Source: a virus
Direction: 5' to 3' (one strand)
IMG/VR virus record: IMGVR_UViG_3300008267_013251
Location: 1-64,000 of that record
Length of the DNA: 64,000 nucleotides
The notes under the pieces are model-generated. The model ran no database searches. It saw only the letters and a list, made by a program, of their open reading frames with translations, and had not been told where the DNA came from. A program made the position numbers and the translations under genes. Shown one piece after another: positions 1-9,507 of the stretch; within the stretch, counting starts at the first letter, position 1, and every line of letters begins with the position of its first letter.

Positions 1-1379
1 ACTAGTCTTGCAACCCAACAAGGAGCGGGTGCTGGCGTTGGTGCTGGTCCGGGCGGTGGAGCAGGTATTGTACCTGCTGGGAAGTCTAAATAATTTAAAG
101 CACCACAGTAATATTTACCACCTGTTGATTTTCTCCATGCTGTTCCTCCCAAAACTGTTTGTACTGGGGAGCTTCTATTGGTTCTTGTGTTATCACCAAT
201 TTGACCGTAAGCGTTCACCCCCCAAACCCAGAGCGTACCATCTGTTTTTATCGCTGTTGTATTTTCATATCCACACCCTAAATAAACCCAAGTATTACCA
301 GCCGAAACTGTTTGTACAGGCGAATAGGTCAAAAAGGATGAATTATTTCCTAATTGTCCTAAATTGTTTTGCCCCCACATCCAGAGGCTGCCGTCTGTCT
401 TAATAGCGCCCATATGGCCACCGCCACCACTTGCGAATTTCCAGTTCGTGCCCCCTGTAACAGTTTGTGCAGGCGACGATCTAGAGGGTTCCCCGAAAAC
501 TCCGGTTGCTAATGCCCCGCCACTCCCCCATGTCCAGAGAGTGCCATCGGTTTTGATACATCCGGTAGAAAATCCTGTGCATGCAACTTGTTTCCAGTTA
601 GTGCCACCTGCTACTGTTTGTACTGGTGATGATCTATGAACCGTAGAATTATCTCCTAGTTGTCCATAGAGGTTCTGACCCATAGACCAAAGAGTTCCAT
701 CCGTTTTTACTGCTGCCATGTAAAACTTTCCACAGCTAGCCTGTTTCCATGTGCTGCCTCCAGTAACTGTTTGAATTGGGGAGCTTCTACTTGTGCGGGT
801 ATTATCACCTAGATTTCCAAAAAGATTGTATCCCCAAACCCAAAGCGTCCCGTCTGTCTTAATAGATGCTGTAAACCTATATCCGCACGATACACTTTGC
901 CAGTTTGTTCCTCCAGTTACCGTTTGTACAGGACTACTACGGGTTGTAGTTGTGTTATCACCTAACTGTCCGTAAGAATTTGTTCCCCACAACCAGAGCG
1001 TACCGTCTGATTTTATTCCCGCTGTGTGAAAACCACCCATCGATATGTCAATCCAATTGTTACCACCAGCACATGTTTGTATGGGAGAACTTCTATGAAC
1101 TAGATCATGTGATCCAAGCTGGGCAGATGAATTGTTTCCCCAATTCAGCAAATTGCCCTGTCTCCAAAAATCTGCTCTGACATAAATGTCATCTAGGTTG
1201 TAAGTGGTAGCTCCAGATTTAAAATAAAATTTCGATACTTGTGCATCTGGCAGAATATAGTTGGGAACCATATTCGCTTTGACGGCAGTTAGGTATGCAG
1301 TTTCGACCAACTGTAGACCAAGGTCTATTCCGTTTTCGTCTCTAAATTTTGTCGTGTATGTTCCTGTTACATTTGCCAT
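1..1379 (-). CDS. RCC1/BLIP-II repeat beta-propeller protein, 3' end runs off the window (probable virion/tail-associated protein)
   Basis: Missing from the ORF track because there is no stop in the window. ATG at 1379 (MANVTGTYTTKFRDENG...), followed by repeated 'IKTDGTLWxWGxNxxGQLGDNTxxxRSSPVQTVxGGTNWK' units, a Pro-rich linker PAPPPGPAPTPAPAP and then CWVARL at the window edge. TATAAATA lies upstream. Confidence 0.9.
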   Translation of the reverse strand, partial: MANVTGTYTTKFRDENGIDLGLQLVETAYLTAVKANMVPNYILPDAQVSKFYFKSGATTYNLDDIYVRADFWRQGNLLNWGNNSSAQLGSHDLVHRSSPIQTCAGGNNWIDISMGGFHTAGIKSDGTLWLWGTNSYGQLGDNTTTTRSSPVQTVTGGTNWQSVSCGYRFTASIKTDGTLWVWGYNLFGNLGDNTRTSRSSPIQTVTGGSTWKQASCGKFYMAAVKTDGTLWSMGQNLYGQLGDNSTVHRSSPVQTVAGGTNWKQVACTGFSTGCIKTDGTLWTWGSGGALATGVFGEPSRSSPAQTVTGGTNWKFASGGGGHMGAIKTDGSLWMWGQNNLGQLGNNSSFLTYSPVQTVSAGNTWVYLGCGYENTTAIKTDGTLWVWGVNAYGQIGDNTRTNRSSPVQTVLGGTAWRKSTGGKYYCGALNYLDFPAGTIPAPPPGPAPTPAPAPCWVARL

Positions 1380-1395
1380 AAATACCTTTTTAGTC

Positions 1396-1403
1396 TATTT
1401 ATA
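1396..1403 (-). promoter_or_regulatory. T4-like late promoter TATAAATA
   Basis: Exact TATAAATA on the minus strand, 16 nt upstream of the RCC1 gene start. Confidence 0.55.
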
Positions 1404-1431
1404 TTGAAATCTGATAAAGATATATTAATAA

Positions 1432-2241
1432 ATGGTAAAAATTTCATCTTTTTCTGAAAACCAAATTAGAAAATGGACCGTAGCAACGGTTCATTGGAAA
1501 TCCTATGAATACTTATATTGGCAAATAAAAACGCTCTATGATTACAACAATCCGAACGACTTTGAACTTTGTATATTTGATGGAATGTTTCCGCATAACG
1601 ATAACAATCTGCTAGAAAATCTTATAAATGAATATAAAAGATATAAAAATATTAAATTGTTTTTTTGGGAGTCTTTTGCGGAAAAGGGCCTACCACATGG
1701 AAGCGAATTGACTGAAATACTCAGGAGAGTGAATTCAAAATATGTTATCTTTAACGATCCAGATTGTTTTTGGTTAGTTCAAGGGCATCTTGATTTTCTA
1801 GAAAGTTTTTTAATGGCTGGCAATCGAAGTGTTGGGGTTCAACACAGAACCATGTCTGGACCTGCCATTTATGGTGCAGCTTATTATTTGCAAGATATAA
1901 AAAACTGTGACCTGTCGGCCACTTGGCAGTATTGCCAAGATTGTAAAAAAGGCACCTTGGTAAAAAATCAAGACACAGGTTGGCAATTGAATCTAAGGAC
2001 ATCACATCTGCCCATGCAGATATTTCGAGAAAGTATTGAAAAAACACCAAGATTTGGGAAATATTCGCATGGAAGACCTGATTGTTTTCAATCATATCAA
2101 TATAAAGATAATTTAGTAGCAACTCATTTGTTCAGAGGCATATACAAGCAAGAAACCGCCGAAGAAATTTATCCAGAATTTTGGTTAAAAAATAGAATGA
2201 AATATGGTCAATATTTTTACGAAAATTGTAAAAAACTATAA
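1432..2241 (+). CDS. putative GT-A fold glycosyltransferase
   Basis: N-terminal 'TVATVHW..YL' strand, 'IFDG', 'HGSEL', DxD motif in 'YVIFNDPDCF', 'DTGW'. Confidence 0.6.
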   Translation: MVKISSFSENQIRKWTVATVHWKSYEYLYWQIKTLYDYNNPNDFELCIFDGMFPHNDNNLLENLINEYKRYKNIKLFFWESFAEKGLPHGSELTEILRRVNSKYVIFNDPDCFWLVQGHLDFLESFLMAGNRSVGVQHRTMSGPAIYGAAYYLQDIKNCDLSATWQYCQDCKKGTLVKNQDTGWQLNLRTSHLPMQIFRESIEKTPRFGKYSHGRPDCFQSYQYKDNLVATHLFRGIYKQETAEEIYPEFWLKNRMKYGQYFYENCKKL

Positions 2242-2276
2242 AAATTACTTACTGATTTATACTAAGGACGGTCAAA

Positions 2277-2999
2277 ATGTTTGATTATTCACTTGGAGCA
2301 AGTTTACACGAAAAATTTGTGTACGCAAAACCATTCCCACATGTAGTTATTGACAACTTTATTTCTGATATCAGCCTATTAGACAAAATTTCTTATGAAT
2401 TCGAGCAACCTCAAGCTTGGGGTTATGACCCCGTAGCTGGCGACAATATGGCTAATAAATTATTCATCCCGTGGAAAGAACAGGACATTTCGAGCCTTCC
2501 TCAACACACCAAATCATTTTTGCAGTCTATGAATACAACCCAAACACTTATATTTTTAAGAGATTTAACAGGTATCAAAAATCTATTTGGAGACCCCTTT
2601 TTTGCTGGCGGTGGGATGCATAGAATTTTTAACGGTGGGAAATTATCTGTTCACGAAGATTTTGCGAAACATCCAAATAATAAAAAATGGTACAGAAGAC
2701 TCAATCTGTTGCTTTATTTAAATAGAGACTGGGATGAAAAATGGGGTGGTTCTTTGCAATTATTTGATAAACGAACCAAAAAAGTAGTTCATGATATAAT
2801 GCCAATTTTCAATAGAGCAGTAATTTTTGATACAACAAAAGACGCTTTGCATGGCCACCCGCATCCATTAAATACCCCACAAAATATTTGTAGAAATAGT
2901 TTAGCTCTGTATTATTTTACCGCAGAACCACCTAATGATGCGAGAAGCAGTTTAACTGCGGAGTGGCACCAGATTGACATCAATGGAAATTTGACTTGA
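2277..2999 (+). CDS. 2OG-Fe(II) oxygenase (prolyl-4-hydroxylase-like)
   Basis: PFPHVVIDNF, GGGMH, HxD (HED), RRLNLLLYLN, WGGSLQL, PIFNRAVIF, HGHP, RNSLALYY. Confidence 0.9.
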   Translation: MFDYSLGASLHEKFVYAKPFPHVVIDNFISDISLLDKISYEFEQPQAWGYDPVAGDNMANKLFIPWKEQDISSLPQHTKSFLQSMNTTQTLIFLRDLTGIKNLFGDPFFAGGGMHRIFNGGKLSVHEDFAKHPNNKKWYRRLNLLLYLNRDWDEKWGGSLQLFDKRTKKVVHDIMPIFNRAVIFDTTKDALHGHPHPLNTPQNICRNSLALYYFTAEPPNDARSSLTAEWHQIDINGNLT

Positions 3000-3985
3000 T
3001 GAATTTTGCTATTTGCTTAGCCCCAGACAAACCTACGGATAAAATATTTAATATATTTGATGTCTACAAATCCCATGGCGTAAGAATTTTATTTTTAGCA
3101 AAACCAAAAAGCGATCACGACTCATTTAAAAAACTACCAATTTTCTATGAAAATTTTGAATATATTTCACTAGACGATCAAAAAAATATTGATTTTAGAC
3201 TTTATACGAACATCGATGAAGATGACAAATTTCGACTCAATCTTGGGATGTTGTATGCATATCGCCAGAAGGCAAAGACGATATTTCTAGTTGATTTAGA
3301 TGAAGAGACAGAGCTTAATTATCTATTTGAAAAAGTTACGATAGGTAATTTTTTAAATTCGGAACATGACATAGATTTGTTTGTAACTGAAGATGCTGTT
3401 CTTGATCCTTTTCAAGCTACCACATCTACTCATATGTGGCACAGAGGGTTTCCATGGGAAAAACTTATCAGTAGAAATTCAATAGTAAAGAATTTAAATT
3501 GTCGAATAAAACCTTTTGTTCAAACATCTTTCATAAACGGGTCAACAGATGTAGACAATCTAGGAAAAATATTCTTTCAACCTGATGCTCAAATAAGTAT
3601 AAGCAAACCTTTCACATCAAATGCTTTGATGCCATTTAATTGTCTGAACACTTTAATAAAAAGAGAAGCCGTACCTTATTATTTTATTTTTCAAAATCTT
3701 GGAAATATATCCGACATTTTTGGATCATATGTCTTTCAATTATATTTCAAAAATTCTGTATTGTATTCTTGGCCAACCCTTACACGATTTGGAAAAAAAC
3801 AAAGCAATATAGACAGCTTAGAACAAGATATTCAGGATCAAAAACTGATTTCTGCCTTTTTTGAAAACCCCTCAGAATATAAACAGTTACTATCAAAACA
3901 AAACTTGCTATCACTTGAAATATACAGAACAAATTTTCCAGAAATAAATTTTGAATCCGGCGAAACTTCTTGGATGTCTGGTTAG
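2996..3985 (+). CDS. STELLO/DUF288-like glycosyltransferase-related protein
   Basis: 'NLGMLYAY', 'WHRGFPW', 'DVD', 'PFNxxNT', 'DIFGSY' resemble STELLO/reversibly glycosylated polypeptide motifs. Confidence 0.6.
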   Translation: MMNFAICLAPDKPTDKIFNIFDVYKSHGVRILFLAKPKSDHDSFKKLPIFYENFEYISLDDQKNIDFRLYTNIDEDDKFRLNLGMLYAYRQKAKTIFLVDLDEETELNYLFEKVTIGNFLNSEHDIDLFVTEDAVLDPFQATTSTHMWHRGFPWEKLISRNSIVKNLNCRIKPFVQTSFINGSTDVDNLGKIFFQPDAQISISKPFTSNALMPFNCLNTLIKREAVPYYFIFQNLGNISDIFGSYVFQLYFKNSVLYSWPTLTRFGKKQSNIDSLEQDIQDQKLISAFFENPSEYKQLLSKQNLLSLEIYRTNFPEINFESGETSWMSG

Positions 3986-3988
3986 GTG
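3959..3988 (+). promoter_or_regulatory. GGCGAAWC-type putative early promoter
   Basis: GGCGAAAC at 3959-3966. The same motif recurs about 55-70 nt upstream of four other genes. The -10 match here is weak. Confidence 0.45.
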
Positions 3989-4026
3989 CGTTCAGATACG
4001 AAACTTTAACCAAGGAGGATTTCACA

Positions 4027-5283
4027 ATGAGCACCACTACCAATACCGTCGAGCAAAATACGCCTAAAGTTTCAGCATCTCCTTCAGATTATGTCCCAGT
4101 AAAAAGGACTCCTGTTTGGACCAGCGTAGGTCTTCCAGACATTAATGCTACCGGCTTGAAGGGACGAGATAAGATTCTCGCCAAAATGGAGGCCATGAAA
4201 ACTGCAATTGTCGATAATCTCAAAAATGGCGTGATTCCATGGCGACATCAACTAGATGACGGTAAAGCAATTCAAAATGGCAGTCTTATCATTAACGCTA
4301 CTCCGAAGAAGGTGATTACTGGAGAGGCGTACCAAAAGATGAACTTCATTCGACTTCAGGTTGCTTGTGCTATCTTAAAATATAGCAGCAATTGGTTTGG
4401 GACTGTTGGTCAATGGAAGAAGGTAGTCCCCGGACTTCATTGTATTAAGGGCACTCATCCTATCACATTGTTTGCTCCACAAATGAGCAAATGCATCGAA
4501 CACGAAGCAAATGGTGATCCAAAAACAGATGCAAATGGAAAATATATCTATGCTAAAGATAGCGATGGTGAATTTATCTATGATCATACAGGATGGGCAC
4601 CATTCTATGTAATGAATTTGGATGATATGGACCCACAAACTCAAGAGCAACAAGATGCTCTCGATCAATTGCGTAAGAATGACTTGCATGAGTGTCGCAT
4701 TACTTATGATGACAAAATCAATATCATTCGTTGTCCTGAACTTGATGCGCTTCCGGGTCTTCTGGGTTGCAATTTGATTTTCCACGATGATCCCATGGAA
4801 AAGAGGTCTTTTTATCGCTTGTCAGAACATGCTATCTACATGCCGAAGCCCGAACGATTTAAGAGTGGCAAGGGATTTTATGCTGTGTTGCTGCATGAGC
4901 TTGTGCATAGCACCAAGAAGCAGCTAAACCGACCTCATGGGACTTATGATCCATTCTTTGGACCGGACGATGCTTATGCGAGGGAGGAATTGGTAGCTGA
5001 ATTCACTTGCATCAGTCTCATGTCAATCTTGGGCATGCATGATTGGGAAGGAGATGATTTGATTCAAAACTCCTCCGCTTATATGAAAAGCTGGTTGACT
5101 AAATTGCAATCAGAACCTGACTACCTTGATGAGGTGATGTATGCTGCTAAGGATGCCACAAGTTTGATTTTGGATAAACTTGGAAGCAAGTTTTCTCATC
5201 TCAAGTTGTCTTCTTTCAATCCTAAAACCGAAGCACCGGAGGAAAACTATGGAATTTTCGTCGCCAAAAACTGGGCCGTCTAA
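4027..5283 (+). CDS. ArdC-like antirestriction protein (ssDNA-binding domain + zincin metallopeptidase)
   Basis: 'GVIPWR', 'TGEAYQKMN', 'WFGTVGQW', 'FYRLSEHAIYMP', HExxH (HELVH), 'YAREELVAE', 'SAYMKSWL'. Start moved to ATG 4027, which follows AGGAGG. Confidence 0.85.
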   Translation: MSTTTNTVEQNTPKVSASPSDYVPVKRTPVWTSVGLPDINATGLKGRDKILAKMEAMKTAIVDNLKNGVIPWRHQLDDGKAIQNGSLIINATPKKVITGEAYQKMNFIRLQVACAILKYSSNWFGTVGQWKKVVPGLHCIKGTHPITLFAPQMSKCIEHEANGDPKTDANGKYIYAKDSDGEFIYDHTGWAPFYVMNLDDMDPQTQEQQDALDQLRKNDLHECRITYDDKINIIRCPELDALPGLLGCNLIFHDDPMEKRSFYRLSEHAIYMPKPERFKSGKGFYAVLLHELVHSTKKQLNRPHGTYDPFFGPDDAYAREELVAEFTCISLMSILGMHDWEGDDLIQNSSAYMKSWLTKLQSEPDYLDEVMYAAKDATSLILDKLGSKFSHLKLSSFNPKTEAPEENYGIFVAKNWAV

Positions 5284-5749
5284 TCAAGACACCTATATGA
5301 TAGGTGAAATTTTTGAGGACGCTTTTGTTCTCGATCTTCTGAATCAAGAAGATCGAGAACTATGGCACCAGAAGTTGCTTGAAAAAGGACAAGAGGAAGC
5401 CGACTTTCAATCATGTGATCCCAAACTAGATCGTGTTGATTTTGATGGCAACGGCACTCCTTGGGGCATGTGGATGATTGTGGATGAAAGCGCCACTCAT
5501 TACACTCTCATGCCTTGGACCTGCGATCCTGACGATCCAACTGTTCTCAACGATGAAGGAGGATTGGATTATCAACCTGTCAAAGTTCAATGTGAATTTT
5601 TCGGGTTGGCGAATTCAATTCACACGATGTATATTATTACTGGTTACCCGATACTTATAGAAAAGAATGAGTTGAAAAAGTATTTGCCAGAATTTGAGGT
5701 TATGCGTTTCTGTAAAGATTCAATAACTAGTATTTTGATTAACGAATAA
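5249..5749 (+). CDS. hypothetical acidic protein
   Basis: GGAGG RBS before ATG 5249; overlaps the end of the ArdC-like gene. Confidence 0.6.
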   Translation: MEFSSPKTGPSNQDTYMIGEIFEDAFVLDLLNQEDRELWHQKLLEKGQEEADFQSCDPKLDRVDFDGNGTPWGMWMIVDESATHYTLMPWTCDPDDPTVLNDEGGLDYQPVKVQCEFFGLANSIHTMYIITGYPILIEKNELKKYLPEFEVMRFCKDSITSILINE

Positions 5750-5774
5750 AGTTCTATATATTAAGGAGGATTTG

Positions 5775-6311
5775 ATGACTGGATTTAAGGAATGGCTGGA
5801 AGGTAAAGATACTGACAATATGGCTGGATTCAGTCATGTCAGAAGAATGTTACTTGGTGATATTGATAGTATAGACAAGCTTGCCATTCTTACAGCAGCA
5901 AATCCCCAAGCTCAAATGCTTTCAAATAGAGAAAATTGGCAGTTGATGAGCAGTTTGGAAGCTGATTTACGACAGAATAATTACGGTCCTATTAAAGTAT
6001 CTGGCCAATATGGGCACAAAGAACCATCTTTCATAGTTCCTCATATGTCAAGAGATGAGGTTATTAATCTTGGTAAAAAGTATAATCAAGAATCAGTAAT
6101 TTATGGTGAAAAATTTGTTAATGGAGAAGGCCAAACAGCCATGAGGTTTGATTTAATTGATTGTGAGCATAACGCTGTCATAAGCACTAGATGTAGAACT
6201 CTTGGAAATGATATACAGAATAATATTGACTGTTTTACAAAGGTTAAAGGCCGTAAATTCAATATACCATTTTTTGATAATCAATACGCAAGCGATTCCA
6301 ATTGTATTTAA
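5775..6311 (+). CDS. DUF3293 / SAM-lyase-like protein with N-terminal capsid-targeting-like motif
   Basis: 'ILTAANP...EN...LEADL...GxYGxxEPSFIV...LGKKYNQESVI'; N-terminus MTGFKEWLE; AGGAGG RBS. Confidence 0.6.
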   Translation: MTGFKEWLEGKDTDNMAGFSHVRRMLLGDIDSIDKLAILTAANPQAQMLSNRENWQLMSSLEADLRQNNYGPIKVSGQYGHKEPSFIVPHMSRDEVINLGKKYNQESVIYGEKFVNGEGQTAMRFDLIDCEHNAVISTRCRTLGNDIQNNIDCFTKVKGRKFNIPFFDNQYASDSNCI

Positions 6312-6374
6312 TATGATGTAATTTGCTATAACTTTTCCATAGATACATAAGTATTTTGTGGAAAGGTATAAATA

Positions 6375-8435
6375 ATGCTCATTAATACTTATCTTAAAAA
6401 CCTGAATGCTGCCCATCTTGGAATTACAAATTGTTTTAACGAAAAATTTTATTTTGCAGATGATGCTGATGCTAATACATCTTTGAGAGTTGGAATCGGC
6501 GCTGTTGCATATGTTCAGACAGACGGAAAAGTTTTATTGGGTGGCATTGATGCTACATCTGGTTTTAAAAATTTAAGAAGATTCAACCCTAATGGAACAG
6601 AGGATGCCTCTTTCGTTACAGAAGATTTCGGAGGGGCAAATGATGGATATGTTAGAGATGTTTATGAGCAATCCGATGGCAAGTTGGTTGTTGTTGGCCA
6701 TTTTTCAAATTTAAATGGCAATAATGTTGGTAGAATTTGTAGACTAAACTCTGATGGCACTATCGATGTCACATACGACCCTTCTACTACCTACAATTAT
6801 GGTTTTGATGGGCCAGCCTTTGCTGTTCATGTTTTGCCTAATTTAAGCGCATTAGTTTGCGGACAATTTTCACAACATAATACTGGAAACACAGTTGATC
6901 ATTTAATTAAACTTGACGAGCAAGGTCAGGAAGATACAGCTTTTACTACAAATTGGCTGACAAATGGGATCAATGATGTCATTCAAGATTTGCATGTGCA
7001 AAGCGATGGAAAAGTCATTTTAGGTGGCAACTTTCCAGAACATATCCATAGAATCAATGCCGATGGCACAGAAGATACAGATTTTTCAGATACTATAGGT
7101 ACTGGATTCAACGGTCGTGTTTATAGCGTAGATCAACAGGATGACGGCAAGATCATAGTTGGAGGTTGGTTCACAGAATTTAATGGAAGTCCATGCAATC
7201 CCGGAGTAGTAAGACTAAACTCTGATGGAAGTTTGGATGCGTCATTTGAGACTGAGGGCACAGGGCTCGTAAATACCAATGATACCTCTGTCAATGTACA
7301 ATATGTGAATGTACAGCCAGATCAAAAAATATTAGTTGGTGGATGGTTCAATGAGTATAACGGCCAAAGACAAGGTCACATAATTCGATTTAATTCAGAC
7401 GGAACTAAAGATGTCTCATTTGACACGGGTAGCGGTTTTAATGATGACACAGGATCAGGTGCTGGCGGTGTCTCCCCAGATGGAAGAGTGCAGAAAATAA
7501 CTTACGACATTCATGGCAATATTTATGTTGTTGGAAGATTCACATCATATAACAGAGCAACAAGGTATAATTATGCAAAATTGAGTAATTCAGGTGAATT
7601 GTTAGACTTCCATGTTCCACTTTCATACCAACAATGGGGAATAAATGATGGAAATAATGACATGTATGATGGTGGTAATTTTATAAATACTAATCTGACA
7701 CAGGATTATAATACAGCAAAAGAGGATGGTGTTGATCCAGTATTATCAGTTCCATCAACCCATACTCAGGCTTATGACACCGATATTGATCCGTTTGAAG
7801 ACCTTAGTTCTCCTTATGGTTACAATTATCAACCAAAGCCTTCTGATGGCAAAGTTTTAAACGGTACAAGTTACTTTGGTTCTGGGAGTTATTACTTTAC
7901 CAATATGTATCCCGGAATGTTTGTGATGGTTGCCACGAATGTGAATGTGAGCGAATTTTCAATAACTGGGAATCTTGGTTCTGATGGCTCGGCAACTGAC
8001 ACATCTTTAATTTATCCTATTAAATCTCATGGGAAATTATATTCTGTGTTTTTCAAAACAAATTACGATGGTGGTGATCCATCGGTTAATCACTTTATTA
8101 TTGTCCCCGGAAAAAGCGATGGTATCCTACATCTTTATGATACCACCGGGGAGTATGATGACCATTGCATTCAAAATATAGAAAATGTTAGGCAAATATT
8201 TTATATTTTAGTTTCTAAAGGTAGTGCAGAGAGACTATCTGATCTTGAAGTAAAAAACTTGACTCAAATATTTCTCGACACGGTAACTTTTCCAGCTGAA
8301 ACTTGTAATTACAGCGCTTGCGTCGATGCAAGCAAAGTAGGATTTATCTGTTCAAGACAAAATTGCAAGTGTGTTGAAATGCGTTTTATCAATAATGCGT
8401 ATGTACCTGCTGTGACCGTATGTTCTCAACTATAA
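6375..8435 (+). CDS. delta-60 (DUF5122) repeat beta-propeller protein
   Basis: Repeats of 'QxDGKxxVGGxF...RLNSDGxxDxSF'. Confidence 0.85.
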   Translation: MLINTYLKNLNAAHLGITNCFNEKFYFADDADANTSLRVGIGAVAYVQTDGKVLLGGIDATSGFKNLRRFNPNGTEDASFVTEDFGGANDGYVRDVYEQSDGKLVVVGHFSNLNGNNVGRICRLNSDGTIDVTYDPSTTYNYGFDGPAFAVHVLPNLSALVCGQFSQHNTGNTVDHLIKLDEQGQEDTAFTTNWLTNGINDVIQDLHVQSDGKVILGGNFPEHIHRINADGTEDTDFSDTIGTGFNGRVYSVDQQDDGKIIVGGWFTEFNGSPCNPGVVRLNSDGSLDASFETEGTGLVNTNDTSVNVQYVNVQPDQKILVGGWFNEYNGQRQGHIIRFNSDGTKDVSFDTGSGFNDDTGSGAGGVSPDGRVQKITYDIHGNIYVVGRFTSYNRATRYNYAKLSNSGELLDFHVPLSYQQWGINDGNNDMYDGGNFINTNLTQDYNTAKEDGVDPVLSVPSTHTQAYDTDIDPFEDLSSPYGYNYQPKPSDGKVLNGTSYFGSGSYYFTNMYPGMFVMVATNVNVSEFSITGNLGSDGSATDTSLIYPIKSHGKLYSVFFKTNYDGGDPSVNHFIIVPGKSDGILHLYDTTGEYDDHCIQNIENVRQIFYILVSKGSAERLSDLEVKNLTQIFLDTVTFPAETCNYSACVDASKVGFICSRQNCKCVEMRFINNAYVPAVTVCSQL

Positions 8436-8494
8436 TATTTTGAGAAAGTTGCTCTATTAAACTTAAGACATGTTTAATTATTTAATGGGGTAAA

Positions 8495-9403
8495 ATGAAA
8501 GTAATTGAATTTGATGACATGGCTTTTGCAGGTGGAGAGATACTTGAATTTGTCAAGAAAAAATTTGGCAAAAGCCGTGTCATAGTTAATAGCTCAATAA
8601 CAGAAACAGATATTTATGAAAACGATGTAACAATTAAAGGTTTGCAAAATCGTTTAATACAAGTTTTAGAAAAATTCGATGCCTTGAGTGGGGAATTGAT
8701 AGTAACTGAAAACGATGGCAATTTTTATTTTGATTTCAGTCCAGATGATGGTAAAGAAAAGTTTGTTGGTAAAAAAATTAGATTTGATATGGAAAAAGAT
8801 CATAGATTAGAAGATTTTCTTGAGGGAGGAGGCCCAAGAGAGCTTTACATAAAAAACAAAAAAGAATATTTGGAAAAAAATAGTCCTATAGAAGAACACA
8901 AGGATATCGAAGGTAAAAAGAAATGTCTTTTGTGCGAAAGTGTTTTTCTTGTGAAAGACTACAAAGTCATAGCTGGCCCTGAGATAGATTACATCAGTTG
9001 CCCACATTATCCTAACTGCGATGGTGATATTCTAGATTGGGCAAATACTGATGAACCTGTTCGTGAGGGTGAATTAGTATTTTTGAATAAAGTGGAAAGA
9101 GATACACAAGATGACCTCATGAAAGCTCAAGAACAATATCTTGATAGATATTATGGATTTCGAGAAGTAGATAGATATCATGTCAAAGCTAATGAAGGAA
9201 TAGTCGTTTATTTTTGCCCACGCAATAAAGCTTTGCTACAACTTGTAATTGTAAAAGCAAGCATGGACAAGAAATTTGGTAAAATTATTGAAAAAAGAAT
9301 CAAGGAAGAGCAAAGCATGGGATTTATGCCTGACGATGGTCTTACTCCATCTATACTACTTTTAAAAGCTGATAATATGGAGTACATGGGAGATTTTCTT
9401 TAA
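8495..9403 (+). CDS. hypothetical protein with Zn-ribbon
   Basis: CLLC ... CPHYPNC; long ORF with RBS. Confidence 0.6.
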   Translation: MKVIEFDDMAFAGGEILEFVKKKFGKSRVIVNSSITETDIYENDVTIKGLQNRLIQVLEKFDALSGELIVTENDGNFYFDFSPDDGKEKFVGKKIRFDMEKDHRLEDFLEGGGPRELYIKNKKEYLEKNSPIEEHKDIEGKKKCLLCESVFLVKDYKVIAGPEIDYISCPHYPNCDGDILDWANTDEPVREGELVFLNKVERDTQDDLMKAQEQYLDRYYGFREVDRYHVKANEGIVVYFCPRNKALLQLVIVKASMDKKFGKIIEKRIKEEQSMGFMPDDGLTPSILLLKADNMEYMGDFL

Positions 9404-9442
9404 TTCTAGTACACACTCAAAAATTAAATTGGTAGAACAACT

Positions 9443-9473
9443 GGCGAAACTAATTTCGTGATCACATTAAAGT
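9443..9473 (+). promoter_or_regulatory. GGCGAAWC-type putative early promoter
   Basis: GGCGAAAC at 9443-9450 and TAAAGT at 9468-9473, upstream of AGGAGG and ATG 9508. Confidence 0.5.
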
Positions 9474-9507
9474 ACCTTGTTTAATACTTCATACAGGAGG
9501 TTTTTTA

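Noticed and set aside
8-1180. Plus-strand ORFs 8-403, 364-639, 793-975, 950-1180 (and 46734-47563) with repeated 'PPVTVCTG' text
   Set aside because: Antisense shadows of the minus-strand RCC1 repeat genes.
6367-6374. TATAAATA late promoter for the delta-60 gene
   Set aside because: It abuts the ATG directly, leaving no room for a transcript start before the codon; may be chance in AT-rich DNA.
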